Part shown: positions 52,955 through 62,066 of the stretch, one piece after another | How positions within the stretch are numbered: position 1 is the stretch's first letter | Layout of the letters: each line of letters opens with the position of its first letter | From: Burkholderiales bacterium | Lineage (GTDB): Bacteria > Pseudomonadota > Gammaproteobacteria > Burkholderiales > SG8-39 | DNA: 64,000 nucleotides | Direction: 5' to 3' | NCBI GenBank assembly: GCA_041617635.1 | Contig: JBFJOO010000005.1 | Coordinates: forward strand, 23,033 to 87,032 | Notes under the pieces: generated by a model | The model's database searches: none | What the model saw: the letters and a program-made list of their open reading frames with translations, nothing else | What the model was told of the DNA's origin: nothing | Translations under genes and position numbers: made by a program

Positions 52955-53173
52955 TCACCCTCGGCTGCGGCTTGCGTGCGTGGCGAGCGAATTCGGGCGT
53001 GCGTCCGATCGGGCCTGCAGAGCTTAGAATCCTGTTCGCCAACGCCGGGCATGCCGGGAACGACGGGTGCTCCGGCATGCCGTGCCGCATGTTCCCGCAC
53101 CCAATCCGGTCGACGGTACGATATCGGGGAGCGCTTCTGTCTTGACGAACTCCGCGGAAATCCGGTCTCGTTC

Positions 53174-54439
53174 GTGACCCGAAGCGACGTCGTCGTTCTC
53201 GGGGCGGGCATCGTCGGCATCTGCGTCGCGCTCCATCTCCAGAAGCGTGCGCGCTCGGTGACACTCGTGGACCGCCGTGGCGCGGCCGAGGAGACGTCCT
53301 TCGGCAATGCCGGACTGATCCAGCGCGAAGGCGTCTTTCCGTACGGATTCCCGCACGACTTCGGCGCGTTGCTCCGATACGGCCTGAATCGCACGATCGA
53401 TGCGCACTACCATGCTTCCGCGCTGCCGCGACTCGCGCCGTTCCTATGGCAGTACTGGCATCACTCACGGCCTGCAAGGCATGCCGAAGTGGCGCGCCGC
53501 TACGCAAAGCTGATCGAGCACTGCGTGTCCGAGCACGACGCGCTCGCGCGCGAAGCGGGCGCGCTGGATCTCATCAGACGCGTGGGCTGGATCAAGGTTT
53601 TTCGCACCGCGCGCGAGCGCGACCGGCGTTTCGCCGAGGCGGAGCGCTGGCATCGCGACTTCGGGCTCAACTACCGGACGTTCGACGCTCCGGCGCTGCA
53701 GGAACTCGAGCCGCACCTCGCGCCCGTGCTCGTGGGCGCGCTGCACTGGACCGATCCGACCAGCGTCGATGATCCGCAGGGGCTGGCGCATGCCTACCTG
53801 CGGCACTTCGAGCGCCTCGGCGGAAAGTTCGTCCAAGGCAATGCGGCGAACCTCGAGGCGCAGGGCGGCAACTGGCGGCTGCGCACGGCGCACGGCGTGC
53901 TCGAGTCCGGCGCGGCGGTCATCGCGCTCGGCCCGTGGGCCGATGGGCTGACGCGGGCGCTCGGCTACGATCTGCCGCTCGCTGTCAAGCGCGGCTACCA
54001 CATGCACTATCGGGTCGCCGGCGCGGCCCGACTCAATCACCCCACGCTGGATGCTGAACGCGGTTACTTCCTTGCTCCCATGCGTCGCGGAATCCGGCTT
54101 ACCACCGGGGCGGAATTCGCCCTGCGGGATGCCATTCGCACGCCGGTGCAGCTCGGCCGCGCGGAGCCGATCGCGCGCGACCTGTTCCCGCTTGCCGGGC
54201 GGCTCGACACCGAGGCGTGGATGGGCGCGCGTCCCTGCACGCCGGACATGCTGCCGGTGATCGGCAGGGCACCGCGCCATGCGAACCTCTGGTTTGCCTT
54301 CGGCCACGCACACCACGGGCTGACGCTCGGTCCGGTGACCGGGCGGCTGATCGCCGATATCGTCACGGGCGAAACGCCGTTCCTCGATCCCGCACCGTAT
54401 TCGGCGGAACGCTTCAGTGCCGGAACGCGCGCGCGCTGA
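53174..54439 (+). CDS. FAD-dependent oxidoreductase (D-amino acid dehydrogenase family)
   Basis: GAGIVG, ETSFGNAG, KRGYH, WMGARPCTPD, GHAHHGLTLG. GTG start inferred. Confidence 0.9.
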   Translation: MTRSDVVVLGAGIVGICVALHLQKRARSVTLVDRRGAAEETSFGNAGLIQREGVFPYGFPHDFGALLRYGLNRTIDAHYHASALPRLAPFLWQYWHHSRPARHAEVARRYAKLIEHCVSEHDALAREAGALDLIRRVGWIKVFRTARERDRRFAEAERWHRDFGLNYRTFDAPALQELEPHLAPVLVGALHWTDPTSVDDPQGLAHAYLRHFERLGGKFVQGNAANLEAQGGNWRLRTAHGVLESGAAVIALGPWADGLTRALGYDLPLAVKRGYHMHYRVAGAARLNHPTLDAERGYFLAPMRRGIRLTTGAEFALRDAIRTPVQLGRAEPIARDLFPLAGRLDTEAWMGARPCTPDMLPVIGRAPRHANLWFAFGHAHHGLTLGPVTGRLIADIVTGETPFLDPAPYSAERFSAGTRAR

Positions 54440-54457
54440 TGCCGATCAGCCGAGCGA

Positions 54458-55702
54458 TCAGGACTGCCGTGCGGCTCCAGACTTTCTGGCCGGCCATTCC
54501 TTCCAGCGCCGGTGCACCCACCACCACTGCTCGGGGTGGCGCAGGATCATCCGCTCGAGGCTCGCATTGTAGAGCCGGGTGTTCGCCCGGATCTCCTCAC
54601 CCACGTCCTCGCGCGCGACCGGTTCGAGCGGCTCTTCAAAGCGCAGCACGTGCCGGCCATCCGCACCGCGCCAGCTCGACGCGGGCAGCACCGGAGCGCC
54701 GCTCGCCTGCGCGATGAGCGCGACGCTGCGGAACGTGCCCGCCGAATGGCCGAAGAATTCCACGCGCACGCCATCCTTCGGCCCGGCATGCTGGTCGAAC
54801 GGAAACACGACGATATCGCCCGCCGCGAGGCGCTCGAGAATGGCGTCAAGGGAGCCGCTCTTCGGCAACACGCCGAATCCCGCCTGGCGGAAGCGGCGGA
54901 TGATCACGGCGTCGAGCCAGCGCGGCTTGAACGGACGCCGCACGAAGTAGAACTTGCCCTTCGCCTGCGGAAAGCTCGCGATGCCGGCGGCGGTCGAGAC
55001 TTCCCAGTTGCCGAAATGGCCCGTCACGACGATCACGCCCTTGCCGCGCGCGTGCGCGGCGATGACGGTCTCGGGATTCTCGACCCACGCGCGCGCTGCG
55101 CGTTGCGCGGCGGTCAACCAGGGAAACACCAGGAACTCGCCCACGAGTCGCCAGAGATGAGCGTAGTGCGCCTGCGCCATGCGCCGGATCTCGTCCTCCG
55201 CGACGGTCGCGCCGAACACGCGGCGCAGATTGTCCAGCACGACCCGCCGGCGCAACGGGAAGCAGTGAAAGATGAGCTTGCCCGACAGCGGCACGGTGAT
55301 GTGCTCGGGCTCGGCGAGTGCGACCGCCGAGGCGCTGGTGCGATCGTGAGTGAGCGACAATGCGATCGACTTGATGCGATGTCTGCCCAGCACGGCTTCG
55401 GCGGCGGGGCTGCATATGGCCCGGGGCGCGCCATAGGCATCGCGGGCGACCGAGAAATCCGCCGCAGTGACTAGGTTCAGGGCGGTTTCGCGCGGAAAGA
55501 GCTTGAGACACGCTTCCTTTGCCGCGAATCGCGCGGCGAGGCTCGCCGCGCGGCCGGCGCCGTCGCCGCTCTCGCGCAGCTCGTCAGCCGAGTAAAGCTT
55601 GGCGAGATCGTCCGGCGGCGATTCGCGCAGCAGGCGCTCGATGCGCGCGATCTCGACCGTGTCGATGCCGCAGCGTGCGGACGACGCGGGGGCTTCGGGC
55701 AT
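54458..55702 (-). CDS. Fusion: holo-ACP synthase (AcpS) + LpxL/HtrB-family lipid A acyltransferase
   Basis: N-terminal GIDTVEIARI, ARFAAKEA, SLTH. C-terminal GHFGNWE, FDQH, HPEQWWWVHRRWK. One uninterrupted frame. Confidence 0.85.
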   Translation of the reverse strand: MPEAPASSARCGIDTVEIARIERLLRESPPDDLAKLYSADELRESGDGAGRAASLAARFAAKEACLKLFPRETALNLVTAADFSVARDAYGAPRAICSPAAEAVLGRHRIKSIALSLTHDRTSASAVALAEPEHITVPLSGKLIFHCFPLRRRVVLDNLRRVFGATVAEDEIRRMAQAHYAHLWRLVGEFLVFPWLTAAQRAARAWVENPETVIAAHARGKGVIVVTGHFGNWEVSTAAGIASFPQAKGKFYFVRRPFKPRWLDAVIIRRFRQAGFGVLPKSGSLDAILERLAAGDIVVFPFDQHAGPKDGVRVEFFGHSAGTFRSVALIAQASGAPVLPASSWRGADGRHVLRFEEPLEPVAREDVGEEIRANTRLYNASLERMILRHPEQWWWVHRRWKEWPARKSGAARQS

Positions 55703-55707
55703 CGGTG

Positions 55708-56994
55708 CTACGCAGCGCGAGCGGCACGGAACACGAGCGCCGCGTTGGTTCCGCCGAAGCCGCGCGACACGATGAGCGCGACGTCGCTTCGCGGCGTCTG
55801 CGCACGCGCGGACACCGGCATGCGCGCAAGCGCGGGATCGGGCTCGCGCAGCGTCGCGATGCCCGGCACGGATCGCGCGCGCAGCGCCTCGAGCGCGAGC
55901 ACGCAATCCAGCATGCCGGATGCGGCGATCAGGTGGCCGAACGCCCACTTGAATCCGGTGACCGGCGGCGGGTCGTCGCCGAAGACGCGGCGAATGGCCG
56001 CCGCCTCGGATGCATCCGAGTTGCGCGTGCCGTTCGCGTGCGCGACGATCATGCCGACGTCGGCCGCACGCAGTCCCGCATCGTCGAGCGCCGCCTGCAT
56101 CGCCGCGGCGGGACCTTCACCGTCGTCGCGTATCGGCAGCAGACCTTCGCCCTCGATCGTCGAGCCGCCGCCGAGATACTCGCCGAGCACGGGAACGCCG
56201 CGCGCCGCCGCGGAGGCCTCGGTCTCGAGCACGAGCCCGCCGGCACCCTCGCCGAAAAGGCTGCCGTCCCGTCCGGCATCGAACGGTCGCAGCACCTCCT
56301 TGGCGACCACGCCGATGGCGTCGTAATAGACGAGCGTCTGCGGCTCGATCGGCGCGTCGTGCGCGACCGTGACGGCGCGATCGGCCTCGGCCGCGCGCAG
56401 ACCGATTGCGGCCTCCATGATGGCGAGCATGCCGCTCACGCTGTGGTTCGTGATGCAGGCGTTCGCCCCCTTCAGGTTGTACTTGATACCGATGTGGCAC
56501 AGCACGTTGTTGGGCAGTGCCCGCAGCAGCCACATCGGATTCACGACCTCGGGGAGCTGGCGGCCGAATTCGACGAGGTCGCCTGCTGCGCTCGTCATGA
56601 GCGGAAAATAATCGTACTGGCCATCGTACGTTCCGCCGCCGGAGCCGACGTAGACGCCGGTCCGGTCGCTGTATTCCGCGGCAGCGGCCTCCTCCAGCCC
56701 ATCGCGCCACGCCGCAATGCCCGCTGCATCGATCGCGCGGCTTGCCGCGTACAGGCCGAACACATCGGAACGCCGGATGAACTTGAGGATCTTGCGGTCG
56801 CCCAGCAGCTTGGCCGGCTCGAGGCTCCGAACCTCGCCCGCGCGCTGCCGCGGCCAACCCGTCACGTCCCACAGCGCGATGGGGCCGATCGCGGATCGGC
56901 CGGACTGCAGAGTCTCCCAGATTTCCGCCGGACTCCTGCCCGCCGCGCAGATCGCGCCGCTGCCCGTGATGAGGATTCTCGGGTCCCCGGCCAT
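55708..56994 (-). CDS. Ketosynthase-like protein lacking catalytic Cys (chain-length-factor-like)
   Basis: FabF-fold motifs (RPFD, GEGAG, RGFGGTN), but TNHSVSG replaces TACASG. Confidence 0.85.
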   Translation of the reverse strand: MAGDPRILITGSGAICAAGRSPAEIWETLQSGRSAIGPIALWDVTGWPRQRAGEVRSLEPAKLLGDRKILKFIRRSDVFGLYAASRAIDAAGIAAWRDGLEEAAAAEYSDRTGVYVGSGGGTYDGQYDYFPLMTSAAGDLVEFGRQLPEVVNPMWLLRALPNNVLCHIGIKYNLKGANACITNHSVSGMLAIMEAAIGLRAAEADRAVTVAHDAPIEPQTLVYYDAIGVVAKEVLRPFDAGRDGSLFGEGAGGLVLETEASAAARGVPVLGEYLGGGSTIEGEGLLPIRDDGEGPAAAMQAALDDAGLRAADVGMIVAHANGTRNSDASEAAAIRRVFGDDPPPVTGFKWAFGHLIAASGMLDCVLALEALRARSVPGIATLREPDPALARMPVSARAQTPRSDVALIVSRGFGGTNAALVFRAARAA

Positions 56995-58292
56995 CACCCG
57001 AGCTCCGCGGGATTGCGCAGCGCGACGCAGCTGTTGGAACCGCCGAAACCGAGCGAGTTCGACAGCGCGATCCGGACGCGACGCTCGCGCGGGCGGTCGC
57101 GCACGATGTCCAGATGCTCGCAGTCCGCATCGGTCTCGCGCAGATTCGCGTTCACGGGCAGCACGCCGTGATGGATGGCGAGCGCGCACACCGCGGCCTC
57201 GACTGCGCCCGCCGCCGCGATGAGATGGCCCATCACGCTCTTCGTCGAGCTGACGGCCACACTGCCGACGTGCGCACCGAACACCACCTTCGCCGCCGCG
57301 CTCTCGCTGCGGTCGTTCATGGGCGTCGAGGTGCCGTGCGCGTTGAGATAGTCCACGTCGGTGGGCTCGGCCCCGGCATCGCCGAGCGCCTGGCGCATGG
57401 CCTGGATCGGGCCGTCGCCCGATGGGTGCGAATCGGTTATGCGATAGCTGGAAAGCGAGTTGCCGTCGCCGGCGAGCTCCGCATAAATGCGCGCGCCGCG
57501 TCGGCGCGCCGCCTCCCATTCCTCGAGGACCAGGAACCCCGCCCCTTCACCCAGCACGAATCCATTGCGGGTGGCGTCGAAGGGGCGGCTCGCGCGCTCG
57601 GGCGTTTCGTTGTCCGGGGAAACTGCGCCGAGCAGGCAAAAGCCGGCGAGGCCGATTGGCGAGACCATCGAGTCGAATCCGCCCGCGAGCACGCGATCGA
57701 CCGTGCCGCGGCGGATCAGCTTCATCGCGGTGCCGACCGCCTGCCCCCCCGATGCGCAGGCGGTGTGGACGGACGTCGCATAGCCGCGAATGCCGAAGCG
57801 CCGGGCGAGGAGCGAAACCCCGGCGGTGGACTGGCTCCGGCAGAACGCCATCGGGTCGTGCGCCGCTTCGTCGGTCAGCAGGCGCGCGACATCGATCTCG
57901 CCGCCCGCCGCGGAATGGGCATGCACCGCAGCGAGGGTCGCATAATCGACGCCCATCATGCCGGTGCCCACGGCCACGCCCCAGCGCGTGGCGGTCTCGG
58001 GCGCGGGGCGGATACCGGAATCGCGAATCGCCTCATCGGCCGCCGCCACCGCGAAGGCGTGCGAGCGATTCGCGAACTTCAGAAGCTTGCGATCGTCGAT
58101 CACCGCGCGCGGATCGAATCCCTTCACCTCCGCGGCGATGCGCGTCGAGAAACCGCTCGCATCGAAGAGCGTCACGGGCGCGACGCCGCTGCGACCCGCG
58201 AGCAACGCGTCCCACGTCGTCGCGACGTCGTTGCCGGCCGGCGTGACGAGCCCCAGGCCGGTCACCGCGACCCTGCGCCGCGGCACGCTCAT
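56994..58292 (-). CDS. Beta-ketoacyl-ACP synthase (FabF-like, active)
   Basis: HTACASG, NAHGTST, KSVMGH, GFGGSN. Confidence 0.92.
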   Translation of the reverse strand: MSVPRRRVAVTGLGLVTPAGNDVATTWDALLAGRSGVAPVTLFDASGFSTRIAAEVKGFDPRAVIDDRKLLKFANRSHAFAVAAADEAIRDSGIRPAPETATRWGVAVGTGMMGVDYATLAAVHAHSAAGGEIDVARLLTDEAAHDPMAFCRSQSTAGVSLLARRFGIRGYATSVHTACASGGQAVGTAMKLIRRGTVDRVLAGGFDSMVSPIGLAGFCLLGAVSPDNETPERASRPFDATRNGFVLGEGAGFLVLEEWEAARRRGARIYAELAGDGNSLSSYRITDSHPSGDGPIQAMRQALGDAGAEPTDVDYLNAHGTSTPMNDRSESAAAKVVFGAHVGSVAVSSTKSVMGHLIAAAGAVEAAVCALAIHHGVLPVNANLRETDADCEHLDIVRDRPRERRVRIALSNSLGFGGSNSCVALRNPAELG

Positions 58293-59131
58293 GCGTTTCT
58301 CCGCGCCACGATCTCCACCCGCGCGGTCGCGACGGGCTTGCCGTTCGCACGCGCCGAGAGCTTCGCCGCAAAAGCGTAGGCCTCCGCCGGCACGCGCTCC
58401 GCCCCGATCTCCAGCTCCTGCCCGGGGGAGATGAACGCGCGGATCTTCACGTCCAGGATCCGCGCGGCGGAGAGCTCGGTGCCGGCGGGAGGTGCCAAAG
58501 CCTCGCGCGCCAAGCCGATCGCGAGGCGGATCTGGCTGTCGAGCAGCAGCGTCGCTGGAAAGACCGGACGCCGCGGGAAGTGGTCCTGGAAGAAAGCGGC
58601 CGATGCGGGCACGCGCAGCAGCGCCTTGGCGCGCTCGCCGGGGGAGGACTCGACGGGCACGAGCTCGAATGCCGGCACGCCCGCGAACCGGTCGCTCGCC
58701 GCGCCCGCGCCACAGAGCAATTCATAGTCGCTGCGCAACGCGTCGGGCGCATCGAATTCTTCCGCAGGCAGCATCGGACCGAGACACTGATCGAGCACGA
58801 TCACGGGTTCTCCGCCCACGACCGCCCGTCCAGCGTAGGCCACGTCATCGTCGGTGCACGTCTCGAGATCGGCCTCGAGCGCGAGCGAATCGCCCGGCTT
58901 GACCGTGCGCAGAAATCGCGTTTCGCGCGCCAGCCCCGCCACCGGCCGCCGTCGGAACCCGAGATGCGCCATGCTCGCCCATGCGGCAAGCTGGCCCACC
59001 GACTCCGCAACGAGCGATGCGGGAAACTCGCGCACCCGGGTCGGAACGTGAAACGTTCCGCGCACGCGCACGCCGGGCACGACGTCGGTGATGCGATCGA
59101 CAAAGGAGAAAGCGCGGAAGCGCTCGCCCAT
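58289..59131 (-). CDS. Double hot-dog FabZ-like dehydratase
   Basis: FSFVDRI, ESVGQL, FFQDHFPRRPVFPATL. Confidence 0.82.
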   Translation of the reverse strand: MGERFRAFSFVDRITDVVPGVRVRGTFHVPTRVREFPASLVAESVGQLAAWASMAHLGFRRRPVAGLARETRFLRTVKPGDSLALEADLETCTDDDVAYAGRAVVGGEPVIVLDQCLGPMLPAEEFDAPDALRSDYELLCGAGAASDRFAGVPAFELVPVESSPGERAKALLRVPASAAFFQDHFPRRPVFPATLLLDSQIRLAIGLAREALAPPAGTELSAARILDVKIRAFISPGQELEIGAERVPAEAYAFAAKLSARANGKPVATARVEIVARRNA

Positions 59132-59161
59132 CGGTATTCCGAGCCCCGCGTGCGCGCCGGC

Positions 59162-59587
59162 TCAGCCGGCGTCCTTCTGCGCACGGACCACCAGCTTGCA
59201 GAACGTCTCGGCGGTGAACAGGCGCGGCACATCGGCCACCTTGAGTGGCGACTTGATGCGGTCGGCGGGCACCTCGGAAAGGAACGTGCGTACGCGCGCG
59301 ATGCCGGCGTCGGTCACCATGCCCTTCTGCTCGAACTCCGCCTCGGGCAGATCCCCGCGCGCATCCTCCACGATCTTGCCCCGGGGGATCTTCACTTTGA
59401 AGGCGCGCTCCAGGCGGAACACGAGGTCGAGAAAATCGATCGACTCCGCGTCGAGGCCATCGATCAGCGACACGTCCAGCTTGACGTCCTCGGCGTCGCA
59501 CCCCAGCGCATCGGCGATCGTCGCCGCGACGGTGGGGTAAACCGCCATGATCTCTTCCTTAGTGATTTCCGCCTGCGCCATTTCCAT
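59162..59587 (-). CDS. Extended acyl carrier protein
   Basis: LDAESIDFLDLVFRLERAFKVKIP, about 140 aa with a long insertion before the final helix. Confidence 0.85.
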   Translation of the reverse strand: MEMAQAEITKEEIMAVYPTVAATIADALGCDAEDVKLDVSLIDGLDAESIDFLDLVFRLERAFKVKIPRGKIVEDARGDLPEAEFEQKGMVTDAGIARVRTFLSEVPADRIKSPLKVADVPRLFTAETFCKLVVRAQKDAG

Positions 59588-60339
59588 CACTCCATCTTGA
59601 ATCCGCCGTCCACGTGCAGCACCTGGCCGGTAATGTACTCGGCAAAGCCGGACGCGAGGAACCACACTGCGTGGGCGATCTCCTCCGGTCTGCCGAACCG
59701 CCGGAGCAGGATGCGCGACTTCACCTCGTCGCCCGCCAGATCGCGGACGGCTTGCGACATTTCGGTCTCGATGACACCCGGCGCGACCGCGTTCACCGTG
59801 ATGCGGCGCGATGCGAGCTCCACGGCGAGCGCCCGCGTGAGCGCGTTGATCGCGCCCTTGCTCGCCGCGTAGTTCGTCTGGCCGCGGCCGCCCTTCTCGC
59901 CCGAGACCGAGCTCACGTTGATGATCTTGCCGGCGCGCCGGGAGATCATGTGCGGCACGACCGCGCGCGTCACGTTGAAGACGCCTCCCACGTTCGTGTC
60001 GAGCACCGCCTGCACATCCTCGGGCCCGAGCAAGGCGAGCAGATTATCACGGATCATTCCCGCATTGTTCACCAGGATATCGATGCGCTCGCACCGATCC
60101 GCCACACGCTCCACAGCCGCCGCGCACGTCTCCGCGTCGGTCACGTCGACCTGCTCCGCTGCCACGCGCCGACCGGCGGCGCGCGCAGCGGACACGACCT
60201 CTTCGGCCGCCGCCGCGTTGCCCTTGTAGAAAAACGTCACGTCCGCGCCGTCGGCCGCGAGCCGCTCGACGATCGCGCGGCCGATACCGCGGCTGCCGCC
60301 CGTGACGATCACCGTCTTGCCGGCTAGCCCCGAATCCAT
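59587..60339 (-). CDS. 3-oxoacyl-ACP reductase (FabG-like)
   Basis: TGGSRGIG, NNAG, GQTNYAASK, ITGQVLHVDGG. Confidence 0.92.
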   Translation of the reverse strand: MDSGLAGKTVIVTGGSRGIGRAIVERLAADGADVTFFYKGNAAAAEEVVSAARAAGRRVAAEQVDVTDAETCAAAVERVADRCERIDILVNNAGMIRDNLLALLGPEDVQAVLDTNVGGVFNVTRAVVPHMISRRAGKIINVSSVSGEKGGRGQTNYAASKGAINALTRALAVELASRRITVNAVAPGVIETEMSQAVRDLAGDEVKSRILLRRFGRPEEIAHAVWFLASGFAEYITGQVLHVDGGFKME

Positions 60340-60346
60340 CCGTCCC

Positions 60347-61102
60347 TCATCCCGAGATCGCAAAGCCGCCGTCGACGACAAGCGTGTGTCCGTTGATCAT
60401 GGCCGCCTCCGGGAGACACAAGAGATACACGGCGCCCGCAACGTCCTCGGGCGTAAGCGTGGGCCCGGCGGGCGTGCGCTGCGCGAACGATTCGAGCAGC
60501 TGCTCGCGATTCGGGAAGTAACCGAGCGCATCGGTGTCGACCACCCCTGCGCTGACCGTGTTCACGCGGATGCCGCGCGGACCCAGCTCCTGCGCCAGCG
60601 TGCGGACCATGGCTTCGAGCGCCGCTTTGGATGCCCCGACGAATCCGTACGCGGGCATCGCGCGCACGGCACCGAGGCTCGACATTGCGATGATGCGGCC
60701 GCCGGCGGGCATCATCGGGACCACGTGCTGCGCAAGCAGCGTGAGCGCCAGCGCGTTCGTCTCCATGCACCAGCGCCAGTGCTTGAGCGACATCTCCATG
60801 GCCGGCCGCAGCACGCCGCTCGCGGCGTTGCTCACCAGGATATCGACGCGCTCGAAGTGCTTGCGCAGTTCCGCGAAGAGCTCGTCGACGCTGTCCGGCA
60901 TGCCCACGCTCGCCTTGAGCGCGCACGCGCGCCGGCCCATCGCGCGCAGCTCCCTGCACAGCGCTTCCGCCTCGTCGTGGCTGTTGTAATAGTTCACCGC
61001 CACGTCGCATCCCGCGGTGGCGAGCTTGCGCGCGATCGCGCGGCCGATGCCGCGTGCCGCCCCCGTCACGAGCGCGACCTTGCCGTCCAAAGCGCCTGCC
61101 AT
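60347..61102 (-). CDS. FabL-like enoyl-ACP reductase (SDR)
   Basis: SNAASGVLRP and Y-x6-K (YGFVGASK), as in FabL. Confidence 0.82.
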   Translation of the reverse strand: MAGALDGKVALVTGAARGIGRAIARKLATAGCDVAVNYYNSHDEAEALCRELRAMGRRACALKASVGMPDSVDELFAELRKHFERVDILVSNAASGVLRPAMEMSLKHWRWCMETNALALTLLAQHVVPMMPAGGRIIAMSSLGAVRAMPAYGFVGASKAALEAMVRTLAQELGPRGIRVNTVSAGVVDTDALGYFPNREQLLESFAQRTPAGPTLTPEDVAGAVYLLCLPEAAMINGHTLVVDGGFAISG

Positions 61103-61160
61103 AGTCTCCTGCTCGCTGACCGGTCGTTCTGCCGGGCTCTCGCGAGCCCGGCGCGTTCAA

Positions 61161-61550
61161 AGGTGAAGCTGGCCGATAAGCCGGGTTCTGTCCGGCGCCT
61201 CGCGGCGCTCCGGCAGTCATTCATCTAGGCCCTGGGTCGCCCCGGGGCTCGAGCAACCAACCCGCAGGCATCGGGCGAGCAGCCCTCGAACGCCTGCCTA
61301 TTCGGTCTTGCTCCGGGTGGGGTTTACCAGCCAGCCCTGTTACCAGGACCGCGGTGCGCTCTTACCGCACCATTTCACCCTTGCCTGATCTCCCCCGCTG
61401 ACGAATCAGCGGGCGAGCCATCGGCGGTGTGTTTTCTGTTGCACTTTCCGTCGCCTCGCGACGCCCGGCCGTTAGCCGGCACCCTGCTCTGTGGAGCCCG
61501 GACTTTCCTCTGAAAAGCAAACGCTTCCCAGCGACTGCCTAGCCAGCTTC
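61161..61550 (-). ncRNA. rnpB: RNase P RNA, class A
   Basis: Minus strand GAGGAAAGTCCGGGCTCC, GGGTGAAATGGTGCGGTAAGAGCGCACC, GACAGAACCCGGCTTATC. P1 is GAAGCTGGC/GCCAGCTTC. -10 TATCAT at 61558-61563. Confidence 0.97.
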
Positions 61551-61661
61551 GGTCGCAATGATAGCAAGTACCCGCCGCACCGCGCGCTGCGGCGCCATTC
61601 CAGGCCTCATTCCGGGCAACTCGACCTTGATTTCCCGCGCCGCCGCGACTATGAATGACTT

Positions 61662-61821
61662 ATAGGGCCGCACCCGAAATTTCGCTTGGACCATTCCGGT
61701 CAAGAGGAAGCGGACTCGGAGGCGATTCCTATCGCACGGAGCGTTCCACTCCGTGGTTATGCGTCGTCACGGCGCAGGGGCGCTTGAAGCGCGCCCGAAG
61801 CCCCGCTCCGGCGGGGCTTTT
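61662..61821 (+). ncRNA. Candidate multi-hairpin sRNA divergent from rnpB
   Basis: TTGATT-17-TATGAA promoter-like sequence (61627-61655), five hairpins (three with UUCC in or at the loop), terminator. Confidence 0.5.
61798..61821 (+). terminator. Intrinsic terminator
   Basis: AAGCCCCGC-TCCG-GCGGGGCTTTT. Confidence 0.75.
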
Positions 61822-62066
61822 GCGTTCGCGCTTCCGCCTAGTTTTCAACGATCGTGACAGCGGGGCAGCGACCATGCCCGCCGCCCCGATGAGCGTCGGT
61901 CGCCTGCGAGCGCTGAAAAGAACGGGAGATGATTCGAGCCCACGCACAGCCCGATGTCACCCCCCGCACATGCGTCCTCAATCGCTCTAGACACCATGAT
62001 CCTGCCCCGGGCCGCCGGCTCGCCCGGCGCGATGAATCAGGCCCAAGCTCGCCGCGCGCCCCACTC

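Noticed and set aside
54441-54452. Possible attR: GCCGATCAGCCG matches the rnpB 3' end (61172-61183) at 11/12, exactly at the far edge of the lipid operon
   Set aside because: Too short in GC-rich DNA, it overlaps a local hairpin (GCTGAT-GCCG-ATCAGC), and no integrase is present. Worth revisiting only if comparative genomics shows an insertion.
54458-61102. Aryl polyene or ladderane cluster
   Set aside because: An enoyl reductase-like gene implies saturated chains. No AMP ligase, glycosyltransferase, MMPL exporter or radical SAM genes are present.
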